This document shows positions 24,101-36,477 of a stretch of DNA of 64,000 nt, in pieces. The DNA is from Lepidodermella squamata (lineage: Eukaryota > Animalia > Gastrotricha). Under the pieces are notes generated by a model. That model searched no databases, was not told the origin of the DNA, and saw only the letters and a program-made list of their open reading frames with translations. Location: assembly GCA_047495785.1 (NCBI GenBank), contig JBLDXI010000025.1, positions 1,984,001 through 2,048,000 of the forward strand. The letters run 5' to 3'. The translations under genes were made by a program, and so were the position numbers. How positions within the stretch are numbered: position 1 is the first letter of the stretch; each line of letters opens with the position of its first letter.

Positions 24101-27100
24101 CCAATGCGATGAATTTTGTCGCGTTTCCGGCTACGTTCGAAGCCGTGCATTCGTAAGACCCAGTAACGGCCGTTGAAACGTCAAAAAGAACGAGATGACC
24201 ATTCGGAAGTTGAGCGAAAGGCAAATTTGAGCCGAGAACTGGCCGTCCGTTGAATGCCCAGTTGTAGATTGGGGGCGGAATGCCAGTTGCGTCGCAGTGA
24301 AGCGTCACATTATGGCCAACAATGACCGTGTAAGCCTCCTCGCGCAAGGTCATAGAAGGCGGAACTGAAAAAAGAGAAAAAAATTGATATCAGGACTGAT
24401 CGTTTCAAGCCAAGATGGAAAAAATGTTCAATAATTTTTTTTTATTTTAGCTCAATTTTGGAATTTGAAAAAAATTTGAAAATTGAAATTAATTTTAAGT
24501 TTTCGAGACGAATCTCTCTTTGTTATTTCAAGTTAAAGAAAAATGCTTTGAATTTACCTCGAACTAACAGCCGAAGTCGTTTGCTGGCTTCACCGGCCAA
24601 ATTTTTCGCCTTGCATTCGTACCAAGCGTCATCCGACGGCGAAGCGCCGAAAATTTCCAACCCAGTCGGGCTGATGTAGTAGTGCGGGTTGCTGATGGCT
24701 AACGGCGAGCCATTCTGCATCCAAATAACGGACGGCCTAGGATGGCCAGAGACGTTGCAAGGCAGGAAGATTGAATCGCCGTGAACTACGGCGAAATCGA
24801 CGAGGTCAGAGTCGAGAATTCGCGGTGGCACTTGGACTTCGAGTACGATTGACGTGCGCGACATGCCGCCAATGTTGCGAGCCTCACAGACGTACTCGCC
24901 CAGATCGCTGAATTTCACGGATTTGAAGCGCAACAGGTGCAGATTGTCGACGCTTTCGAACTTGATGTTGTCAGTAACAAGCAAACGCTCGCCGTCTTTG
25001 TACCAAGAAATCTTTAAGAAAAATCGTTAAATTATAATTAAAAAATTAAAAATTGAACTAATTTTTCGAATTAAACCCATCGAGAGAATGTTCCATCTTT
25101 CATCCACGATTCAACCGGAGAAATCAAAAATTTACCCAGAGAACCCGGAAACCCCGATGGTAACTGGATCGATAATTTTCGGTATTTTCCCCGGTTGGAC
25201 CACATTTCTCCGAATTATTTTTAATCCCATTGGCAATTAAGATACTTGAATACTGTTCTCGTGATACTTTCAATTTTTCTAAAAAATTTCAGGCCATAAG
25301 ACGCGACTCTCATTTTAGAGATTCTGAAATTGCCAAAATTCGAAATTGAAATTAATTTAATACAATTTAATCCATTTCCCGTGGTGGAATCGGTCTTAAA
25401 CATTCTTTAATAATCGAATTTCGAAATTCTGAATTTTTTTCGAACAGTTTACGATTGCGAATAGATTAGAAACGCTAAGATTTTCAATTTTTCATAAGAA
25501 TTTTCGCTAAAGAGAAATTTAGGCAGAAATTAAAATTTATTTAATAATTAAGTTTTCCGTAATTTTACCTCAGGTTTTGGATTTCCGTAGACAAGAACGC
25601 AAGATAGCTGCGACGAACTGCCTTCAACAGCCACAATATAAGGATATCTGTTCGAAATCCTCGGTGGCATGAGACCAGTCACAGTCACCTTAAGATCGTG
25701 CTCATCGCGCCCGAATCGATTCTCAGCAACACATCGATACAAGCCTTCATCAGTCAAATTAACGTCACTGAGGGTCAAAACCGGCTCGGTTGAAACTGTG
25801 ACATTGCTCGATTGATACAACTTCGCCTCGCGACTTGTCGAAGCGCCAACGAGGCGGACCCACTGAATCTGCGGGTCAGGGCTGCCGAGGGCTGAACAAG
25901 CGATTGAAGTGTTTTGCCCAATTTCCACGCTGATTGCGCCGCTCTGGAGCAGAATTTTCGGCCGTAGACCCACCTCGAGCATGATTTTACTCTGGGCGAG
26001 GCCAACACTGTTCTTCGCCTCGCACATGTAAGGCCCGGCGTCGGGTTGGACCGAGTCTAACAAAACCAGAGTGCCGTCAGTTCGGATATTCCGCCTGCCA
26101 TCAGCTAGAACCGGCTTATCGCCTTTGAACCACGAAGTTTCGGGTGTTGGAAGGCCTTTGACCGGGCATTTCAAAATCGCTCGATCCCCAGCTGCCACGC
26201 TGATGTGGTCAGGGTGGGGTAGGATGATAGGCGCCTCCCAGTACATGAAAGACGTTGACTTCTGCGATTTGCCTGCCGAATTTTCGCCGATACATGTGTA
26301 CTCGCCAGCATCCGCTTTCGCCATTTCGTGAATTCGAAGCCACGGCCCGGATAGGGAGAATTTTTCGGAATCGGCTATCTTCTTACCGCCGCGGTACCAG
26401 TGAACTTTCGGCAACGGATAGCCGGTTGCTTCGCATTTTAACGTGGCATGGTCACCCTGGACAAATGTCTCCTTGTCAGTCGTGATTTGAACCTCAGGAG
26501 CGCCTTAAAGCCCAGAATAAAAGTTAAAAATTAATTTAAAAAATTCAATTCGACTTACGATGAACTGCGACATGGACGGCTTTTTGCCGGGTTCCGCCCT
26601 CATTTTCCGCTTTACAAATGAAATCGCCTTCGTCGCTCAGGTAAACGTCCCTGGAAAAAAAAGAAAAATGTTTAGTAAATTCTTCACTGAGAAACGAAAA
26701 ATCTAGTATCATCCCTAAATTAATTCGGATCGCTTTCGTGCTTTTTAAGAATTTTTTAATTTTTTTGAAGAAATCAGCTCAGATTGGCAAAATTTCTTCT
26801 CTGATCTTATTAAAATTAAGATGGATCTGTCTCACGAAAAATCGCGTAACTGACTTGATGATAAGAGTTCCATTGCCGAGTACTGTGAATCGGCCCTCGG
26901 TTTTCACCGGGGTGCCGTATTTATCGAGCCAGCTGACGTTGACGAATGACGAAACACTTTCGACCAAGCAGTTAATTTGAAGAGTCTGGCCTGGCGTTGC
27001 AGTCGCGTTAGATTCAACGATAATTTCAGGCGGAGGATCTGAAAATAAAATTAGGAAAATTGTTATGAAAAATTTCAAAGGACATACCAACGATTTCGAG

Positions 27101-28926
27101 GTAAGTTGAAGAGGCTGAATAGCCGGCCGAATTACTCGCATTGCACGTGTAAACACCCTCGTGAAGGCTATTCGGACTCTCGATTCGATAAGTCACATTG
27201 GTCGAGTGCCTAAAATTCAATCAATATCTCAGTTTTGAAAAATTGAACAAGAGAAATTCATACTGGAATTGCTGAGCTGGCCCTAGGGCATGGGTGTCTT
27301 TGATCCAGCGAACACTGAACGGAACCAGCGAGTAAATTTGACAATTGATGACGATTATTTCATTCTCAACAGTCGCTCGAATCGATGGAATCATGAAAGT
27401 AATAGGTTTTACTGCCCGTTCAGCACTGATCGCAGTCTGAGTCGTTCGCCTGAATTCAAAGCCATGCGGATCAGTTCCAACAACCTGAAAAAATGAGATA
27501 AAAAATCATGAAATTCATCAAAAAATAATAAAACAAAAATCCGCCTTAATTAAAAAGGCTCCGAAAATTCTCATTAATATTAACAATGCGTTTTTCTAAA
27601 ATTTACCCGCAGATAGAAAAAATCGATATCAGGAACAGTCAAAGATGCGTTGTAAAGAGTCCGGCTGTTTCCGATCGGATGAAGCGGTGTTTCAAGTTGA
27701 ACCTGTCCGACCAAATCCACGAATTCCAGTGTCCTCGCCAGTCCCGGCGCAATCGATTCCGTCAAATTAATCAACGCGTGCATGGGTACGCCGGCAACCG
27801 GGCGGCGGACAGCCACCGAAAATTCAGCGGTCGGCATTTTTGAGAAACCGTACACGAAATTAAGCGATGACAGGCCGGTAATACGAACGGTATGCGGCTT
27901 ATCCGAAACGACCTGGATCTTCCAAATACCAGGCTCTGGTCGGTAGTAATTCGCGACGAACACGTTATCGAGACTCAGCAAGACATTCAACCCATTTTTC
28001 ACACCGATTGTTTTACCCTGAGGGTTTTTTATTCCTAATTTCGCTCCTCCACCACTCAGAGATACGGTAATTTCTTGCAGTTTTGAATCAATCGGTAATG
28101 AGTACACATTTTTATGTCGTTTCGGGTCTGTGTCAACTGAAACTAGGTTAACTTTTCGTGTTTGAATCGCGACGCGGACGAAATTTAGCACTTGGTTGAC
28201 CTCAGATTTTCTCAGGAGAAAAACTTGACCAGACGAGGTGGCTGCGATTTTTTCAAAGGCCTTGAAACCCGGGTGATTTGTGTCATTACAATCTCCGGTC
28301 ATTACGAACACGACCTGGGACTGTTTTTGTTGAATCAGCGATAAAACCGAGTCGGTGAGGTAGTAATCTTTCGCCCTGGCATCTGTGAAGACGTAGATGA
28401 AGGAGAAGGGCAGCGAGACTTCCAGGGCTAGTTTTATCGCAGTGATAGCCATTTCCGGGCAATCGCCGCCGCCCTGAACGTACAAATCACGCAGATGCTT
28501 GTGAAATTTGTTCGGGTCGGTCGTTTGAAGTACGGGGCCGACGTCTGGGTCATGAAACGGCACGAGCACGTAATTAGCGAGCGGCTTCTCGCGTCGCGCC
28601 AGGGTCGTCGCGAGAATTTTAGCCGCACCTTCAATAACCTGAACTAGGTCATCGTACATCGAACCGGTTACGTCGAACACGAACGACAACGACGCTGCGC
28701 CTGATTCGCTGGCGGCTAGGGTCGATGCGGAGTCGACGTCGCTGACAATGGGCGGTGAAGAATGCACGGCGGCACCTTGGCCAGCGATTTGAATAACGGC
28801 CTGTTGAGAGATGGCCTTTTCGATTGGATCATCGCCTGGGTCGTTTGCCGATGTCTCCGCACAGGCGACAAACGACACGGCAAAAGCGAGATAAAATAAA
28901 CGAAATATTAAGGCGAACATGTTCAT
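12177..28926 (-). CDS. HMCN1: Hemicentin (fibulin-6 type), multi-exon
   Basis: Signal peptide; VWA domain FVFDVTGSMYDDL..GGGDCPEM; about 28 I-set Ig domains (DxGxYxC motifs); 6 TSP1 repeats (WSxWSxCSxSCG); G2F/nidogen region; 7 D[VILT]DEC cbEGF; fibulin-type C-terminus ending ISEYPF. Confidence 0.96.
14300..14405 (+). repeat. Dispersed intronic repeat, copy 1
   Basis: AATTTACCGG..GGTAACTGGTTCGGTAATTTTCGGTATTTT core shared with copies near 22830, 25130 and (inverted) 32570-32640. Confidence 0.75.
22800..22922 (+). repeat. Dispersed intronic repeat, copy 2
   Basis: ATCCACGATT..AATTTACC..GGTAACTGGTTCGGTAATTTTCGG. Confidence 0.75.
25100..25320 (+). repeat. Dispersed intronic repeat, copy 3
   Basis: CATCCACGATT..AATTTACC..GATGGTAACTGGATCGATAATTTTCGGTATTTT..CTCTCATTTTA. 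Confidence 0.75.
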
Positions 28927-31422
28927 GACATGCTTCTAACGCCTTAAACTAAACACAATAAAAGTAACATTTGATCAGTTTTAGAGAAACAGAAATTCTA
29001 AAATTGTACGCGCAAAATGTTTACCTAAAAAGTCCTCCTTAAAATAATTAGCAATTTTTGCGCGTTCATAAATTTAAATTGCGTGCTCACACGTAATATT
29101 CTAATATTTCGAATATTCATGGCTTGAGAGGAATGAAAAAATACATAAAATTCACGTCGAAATACCGCTCAAGTATGAAAGCGTTAATAGTATAAACGAA
29201 TAATCCGAATTTTGAAACGAAGACGTTAGTTTACGTGACATTGAGGAGTAAAAGGCTCGGAAAATCAGTCAGTCAGCTAGGCGCCTAATGTGTTTAGTCT
29301 GGATTGATGATGGTGTGGAACGAGTGAGATGGGATTACGGGCTTGTCCGTTCGCTCTCCGCCGCACTGTCTTTTGCGTAACAACCGGGCGCCGAGGGAAG
29401 GGAGAGGGCGCCGGAAGGAGAGGTTCCGCACGGTCGGACTCGCTGCTCAGTGCCCATCAAGATAACCGCGGGTCGGCCCTTGCTACGTATAACAGCTGCG
29501 TGCGATGATGATGACTTTGACTTGTTCGCTAACTAGCGAGTTGTGCGCCCACTCTCCGGCTAAAAATAATAAATAGCAATAATCTGTTTTACAGCCGTGC
29601 CTATTACCCTTTTGGCCTTGAGTGTGTGCGCGCAATAATAATTTTGAAGCGCGTGCGCGCAAAGGCCGGGGCGCACTAATTACCTCCTGATGCGCGCGGG
29701 ATACTCGATACAATACGCGCCCGGGAAATAAACCGGTGTTACATAACACCGGCAGTGTCCGTTAAAAACGGAGCTAAAAACGCTTTGAAAATCGATCCCC
29801 CTACAAACCTCACGTTATAATAATGATAACACAATAACAAATGTGATGATGAACGAGCGCGTATAAAATCATCGGCAATTTGGCTCGGTGATATTGATTG
29901 ATAGGCGATTCTCGGAGTAGTGGGCCGTCAAATAACAACAGCGATTGCTAATGATAACAAACAACCGCGGAGGCGCTGCGCTATCATCACTGAGCCCACG
30001 CGTAACGGTCGTTTTTACTGTTGTTTCGTTGATGGAGAGCCGAAAGAATTGGTAAACAAACAAGGGAAAAGGTTTTAGCACACCCTGAAACCGAGCTGCT
30101 GAAATACAGGTAACAGGAGATAGCGAGTTAATGAATTGGAAAATACGATTAAATTTTGTAAAATAGGTACCTATCATAATTCTGACTTCTTTTCAATCAC
30201 ACAACAATGATTTGTCATTTTTCAATTTTTCAATTAAAAAATACACAAATTTCAGATTAAAAATGAAAGAAAATTGAATAAAACTTTGAATTTTTTATAT
30301 TTTCTAACACACGTGAAACACTTTCGGATTTTCTTATCTGGATTAGTTATTTTTCCTTTTTTCTTTATTTTTTACAAAATAATCATTGAAAATTGCTGTT
30401 TTTATTGTTGTAATCCGAGTAAAATGAATCTGAAGCTGAACGTGATTCGCGATTAGAGATTTGTAAACAGTGATATTTACCCAAGGGCCAAATCATGTTT
30501 TTTCTTCACATCACAACATCCAAAATGGTAAAATGTGTTGATCGGTATAGCAGCAGAGGTGTGTTATCAGCACATGGGAGATCGATCGTTGAGCGCGATG
30601 ATAACAATTCGAAAATCACACCTCTCACGCGGGTGCGTGCGCGTCTTTTATTGCGCGCGCGCGCGCGTGACCTACAAACATAAAAATTGGCGCCAAAGAC
30701 GCGGCGCGCTGTTGCAGCAGTGTATAAGACGAAAAACGATGAATTGAAACGAACGAAAACGATATGAAGGCTGTTTTATGGCCATGTCTGCAGCACCACC
30801 TGTGATTATCAACCGGCGACACACCTGATGCGGCGCCTATGATGGCAAAATGTAGCCGAATTATACAAGACACTGATATACCTAAACCTAATTTGCCGAT
30901 TTTCTAGAACACTCCAGTCACTATAAGTTAGATTGTTCCTATTTGAGGCCAGTTTTTCATTACAAGTGCATAATATTTCACCCATAACGGCCTATTTTTT
31001 CTCCTCAGCAGGAAATAATAGAAAGAATTTGGACTAATATTTTGAGATTTTCTTCGAGAAAATTACGACTCCAAAGCTTTTCTTCAGATTTTTCAGATTT
31101 TCTGTCATTTTCATGCATCACTGAATGTCTCATCCAAGAAACGAGTCTAAAAGACTGTTTACTTGAACCTAAAAGTCATTCATGTAACACCCATTGTATT
31201 ATTTTCATTACAGAGTAAACAATGACTTATTAGCCAGAAAATAGCCGCATTATTAGGAAACTCTTTTACATGGCAACCGTCGCCCAAGTCACTTTTATTA
31301 AATAAAGACGCGTGTCAAGGAGGCGTAACCACAGTCACGTGCTGCCACGCCTTAAGCACTAGTCTGGTAATTTTTAAATTTTCAAAAATTTATAGGCAAA
31401 TTTTATTACTAAAATAAGAAAA

Positions 31423-33318
31423 ATGGCGTCGAATTACTGCGAATTGGTGTTGTTTTACCTGGTAATCGCGCCGACATTGTTGATTTTAACCGCGCAACAT
31501 TTCAGCCTAATTTTCGTCGACTGTTCCTCGATCAACCATCAACAGCCCTACCCGTCGCTGTTCAGCCTCGACGCCGGCGAAGAGCGCGACCACGTAACAG
31601 CGACACTAACCCACAATAAGCAAGCGGAAATCGACGACCAAGCGCGGCGGAAGGATGAGAATACCGTTGAAAATTTGTTCACAGCCTACTTAACCCAGGC
31701 TATCGGGCGTAATTTAAGCCACGAAATTCGGCAATTTTTACACGAAAATCCCCTACCGCCTATTGATGATCTCGATGAGCGGGGTAATGTCATAGCTGGG
31801 TCGCCACGGTTGGATGAGCACGACGAAGACGGCGATGATTTCGACTACGACAACGACCGGAGCGGGGAGGAGACCCCGTTATTACTAACTCGCGGGTCGC
31901 TTCACCACCGTCAACGGCGTTATATCATCCGCGAGCCGCAGGAGTTGAATTCGATTTTACAGGAAATCAGCGCTGCTCGTAATTTGACGGCTCTTTCGAA
32001 GCAGATGAGTCGCCTGGTGAATCACTTTTGGTACGGCGAGTGGTGCGGTATGGGCTGGTCGAAAATTAACGATACCGTTTCGGACTCGCAGTGTTGCAAA
32101 TGCCGCGGCGGCGTCAAGTCGCCGAATGTTGACACTACGTTGATTCGAAACACCGCCAACGACTGCATGTAAGTTGAAAAAATGAGAGAATTTTTCGGGA
32201 AACGATTCAGCTATTTTGAGAAGTTTAAAGCATTTTTTCGGGATTTTCTTGATTCACAAATAATTCCGAGAAAATTGATTTTGTGCAGCGTGTCCCATAA
32301 TTTTACGCAAGCAAAGAAAATACAGGGTGGCCGAAAAATTCCGCAGAGCGGGAATTCGCTGCGCATCAATTTAATGAGGAGTTTTAAGAAGTTGAAGAAG
32401 TTGTTCAAGCTCTGCGGAATTTTTTGGCCACCCTGTACACGGAAAAGGGTTTAGAAGCTTTAAAATGAGAGACGCAGTGACATCTCATGGCCAGAAAAAT
32501 CACGAGAAAAATAATCATGTATGTTACTTGTTAATGAGATTGAAAAAGTCCTGAGAAATTTGGTCAAACCGGGTAAAATACCGAAAATCCCAAGCCAGTT
32601 ACCATCGGGGTTTTCAGGGTTTTCTCCGGTAAATTTGTAATTTCTTCGGTAAAATCGTGGATGAAGGAAGAGAGATGGGCTTAATTTAAAAAATGTGTGT
32701 TAATTGCTAAAAAAAATAAAAAATTCCAAATGATTGCGCAACTTAACTAAAAAATTAAATTAAGTTATTTAATTTGATTTTGTCTTTAAAAATAGAAAAT
32801 GTGGTGCGCATCCTATCGATCCAGTTGACACGAGCTGCATGCTTCACGACATTTGCTACACCTGTACCCAGTCACCGTAAGTTGACCTAATTTTTTACCT
32901 GAATGCTTACATTCAATTTTGGACTTTTTCGCTAAATTGAGATTTTGTTTATTAAAATTAGAATTAAGAATTAAGAATAGAAAATTTTGAATTTCAATTT
33001 AATTTGAAACCATTTCATCTGGTTAAAATGATTTTTTCCTTATTTTCTAGATTTGATTCTTGGGTAGCGAACTGTGAATGCGAGCGAATAATTTCCTACG
33101 CCGCTAAAGCTGCCGATTGTACACGGTCCGTATCCAAATTGTACCCGGAGATGAACGAGACGATGCGGTACCGGTGGTGCACCTTCTACAAGGGCGCCAT
33201 TCCGCTCTTGTTCGAAAACAAGCCATGCTATTGCCCGCGAAATGGCCAGGCCTTTGTTGCCTTCAGCTTGAAAATGTGCGACCGCGGTCATCTCCTAATA
33301 CCGGTTAAGGCGAAGTGA
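31423..33318 (+). CDS. Secreted phospholipase A2-like protein with an acidic prodomain (3 exons: 31423-32168, about 32795-32876, about 33051-33318)
   Basis: Signal peptide; furin-type site RQRR; Ca-loop-like YGEWCGMG; exon 2 gives PIDPVDTSCMLHDICY (sPLA2 DxCCxxHDxCY-like); exon 3 has CECE. Splice phases are consistent. Confidence 0.82.
32323..32435. mobile_element. 113-bp Tc1/mariner-type MITE in PLA2 intron 1
   Basis: TA|CAGGGTGGCCGAAAAATTCCGCAGAGC ... GCTCTGCGGAATTTTTTGGCCACCCTG|TA: 27-bp TIR with one mismatch, TA duplication. Confidence 0.85.
32460..32668 (-). repeat. Dispersed intronic repeat, copy 4 (inverted)
   Basis: Reverse complement of the 25100-25320 repeat (AAAATACCGAAAAT..CCAGTTACCATCGGGG..GGTAAATT..AATCGTGGATG). 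Confidence 0.72.
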
Positions 33319-33993
33319 ACAAAACAAAATTATTCGGAAAAATCAACATTTTTTACAAGTGAAATTTTTTTCTTCTTGTTGACGAATAATTTTATCATTG
33401 TACTCGCGCCTATAATTTTTTGTTCATTTTTTTCTCTTTCTCGAACGATTGCCGCATTTTTGAGCGAATCAAAAACTAACCTCGGTTACTTCTCAAAAAA
33501 CGTAATAATCATGAAAAACAAACACGCGGTGCGGAAACTTGTGAATAATCATTTTTTTCAATTTTTTTGTAACGACATTATTATATAATTTATTGCTTTA
33601 TAACACACTACTTACACTGACAACGACAATAATGATAATATATTCGATGAGTTTTAGCCATCAGGTTGTAAAATTTTGTATATTCTATTATTGTTAGATT
33701 TTTTTGAAATCGAAAGTGACAGTAAAAATTGTAAATTAGCCGCCTTTCACGTCGAAGATGAAAAAAATAAAGTCGAGATACATAAGTTGTTGCTCAATTT
33801 CACATTACGGTGTCTAAATAATACTACGTGATAAAAGGTGAAAGATCAATCATCAATATAGCTGGCAAAAAATCAGCTCAGGAAGCGGGTGTGTGATGTT
33901 CCAAGAAATAAATACCCGCCTCCTGCTCTTGCTGCTAAAAATATAACCAGAATAAGATGACTGTTTCAATCATAAGTGATTAGCATTTTCGAA

Positions 33994-36179
33994 TTAGCCG
34001 AAATCATCCAGGTCTTGAGGCGCAACTTCCGTCACGACCCGCTCGTCTAGCTTAATTGCGTTCACCTGGGCTCCGGTGCCGGCTTTCAGGGTCATTTTAC
34101 CGTTCTGTGTCTTCTGCGAACTCTGAGCTGTTCGGCGAACTCGATCAATCAAAGAAATCTATAGAATATAAATAGAATAAAAATAAGCTAAAAAATGATA
34201 AATTGCTTACCCATCGGCCGATCAGCATTAAATCGATCACAGGTTGTAAGATATCGAGGGAGTCGAGTGAGTTAGCGAAGAAAATATGCACAACACCAGG
34301 TCGGCCTTCAAAAGCGGCTAAAGAAGAAAAAAATAATGTGGAAAATGTTAATAAATGATTTTCTATAAAAAATTTGAATTATTATTGAATAAAATTAAAA
34401 ATTAAATTTTAAAATAGTTTTCAATTTTTTGAAATTTCAAAATTTTAAATTTTAAATCTGAAAATTGATTTTTCCAATTTTTCCTCAATGTCAGAGATTT
34501 TAATTCCTTTGATATGAAATTTGAAAGACAGAGTTTAGTTATTAATTTAGAGTTTCAGGGGTGCGATTATAACTTGCTTTTACCTCTAATATGCCGCACT
34601 ATAGTGTCTTTAATTGCACTAGGGTCCAGGCCACCCTCGTGATCGGGAAACGACCTCTCCAGAGGTATTCCGATAAGTTTTTTCAACAAAACATCAAATT
34701 TGTTGACAACAATTAGCAGCGGCTTCATAGAAAATTGACGCAGTCGAACAAGCGAATTTTGCATGTTATCGATATTTCGCATTAGTACAGACTTGGTGAC
34801 ACCTTCTCGCGTGCTCATCGCACCGTGCTGTGATACGTCATATACGTATAGTATGCAATCGAACGCCTCAGGCTGATTAAGCAGATAGCGCTTCCCTGTA
34901 AGATCACCAGTGATTTCCATCATCCTGTAAAAAAATCCAAACTTAAGCGTCCCTGGTTACCGTGGTTGCTAAGGACTTACACTAGCGAGTGCTTCGATGG
35001 TAGGCTGATTTCAACGGCTTGCAGGCTCTTCTCGTGACCCTGCTGGCTGTTGGCCATCGCGAGAAGTTGCTTCTGAGCAACACTTCCCAACGAATTCTTC
35101 GAATCAGTCCCGCCCATATAGTCAATATGCATGAGATCAGCCATTGACGGCATGTAATCGTCGGCTAAAATTCGCTTGATGTGCGAAATGGCACTGGAAA
35201 CAAATTAATGATTGAAAAATCATGAATTAAATTGGCTTACTAATCAAAGGTCGATGAGTAGATTTTCCGTTGTAAATTGTTGGTTTCAATGAAGTTTTGA
35301 ACCTCGTAATCGTAGATGAAGTTGCCAATTGCGCCGATGAGTTCGTCATTCGGGACAATCGTTCCATTCAACATCGAACAGTTGGCAAGAGCCCGTTGTA
35401 GCAGCTCCATCATCTCGGTGTTTTGGATCCGGCAATTCAGGCGATGAATTTCTCGCCAAAGTAGCTTCACTGAGTCGAAGACGCATAGACGCATCAGAGC
35501 TCGAGCTGTGTGAAGTTCTTCAGGTGAAAAACGGTACCCGCAACATATTCGAGCTTGTTTGATCAGCGTAGTCTTGCCAGATCCGCGGGGGCCAACGACC
35601 AGGACACATACGACTTTTTTATGCTTCTGGGCGCCCTGGGCGTTGGTTCCAGCTTGGCTCCCAGGCACTCGTCGACCGCCACCACCTGGTCCGTCATCTC
35701 CGAACCGTTTCGACGCACCGCCTCGTCCTGTTCCTCCGATGACGACAGGCCCGCTACTGCCTCCCCCTGGGTTGGGGCTCACCGACCGGGAGATTCCAGG
35801 TGACCCGGGCGTGAGGCCCCTCTTATCGCCCAGGTTCTGCATGGCCGTAGCGGGCGCGCTGGCAGTAGACGCCGGCATAGGTGAAACCGCGGACGCAGAT
35901 GGCATTACTGCCGCGGAGTATTTTCTTCTGGACGTTTGTGACTGCAAAACGAAAGCGGAGCTGTTTGAAGAATGTTAGCTGCGCTTGTTCGATGCTGCTG
36001 CTAAAGTACAATGATGATGTATCAACGCTCGGTTTTCAGTGCGCGCTCATTCGCAGAGACACAGGAAAAGCAAAAACACGCGTCTGCTATGTGTTATCTC
36101 ACTCAAATTGCTTCCGCAGCACCTCAACCTGGGCGCTATACGGCATGATCAGTACACGCGCATGGGTGTCGAATTTCAT
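33994..36179 (-). CDS. Highly divergent heterotrimeric G-protein alpha-like protein (probable pseudo-GTPase)
   Basis: VLVVGPRGSGKTTLIKQARI..GYRFSPEE resembles the G-alpha P-loop and alpha1; a helical domain follows; RILADDYMPSMAD, CILYVYDVS and LLIVVNKFD (G4). A small first exon (ATG 36179 or 36146) splices in frame at about 35941. Stop at 33994. Confidence 0.8.
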
Positions 36180-36477
36180 CAATTTTTCAAACACGATCCT
36201 TTCATCATCAGCTCTCTGCCTCGTTGAGGAAAAAGTTTGTTAATTTGAACGCCGTTAGGCTGATTAGCCATTCACGTGTAATGAATTCCTTCACACGCGT
36301 CATCAATCGATTCACCGATAAATTGAACGGTTTGCATACAAAACGGTGCTGTGTTATTGACGACATGATGAACAAAAGAAAACATCGATCCAAGGTGCAA
36401 AAGGTGTTTGCAAAATAACAACGAAGGAGCTTATCCCTCATACGATAATTTTTTTTTGGCGAGAAAGTCTAAAAAAA

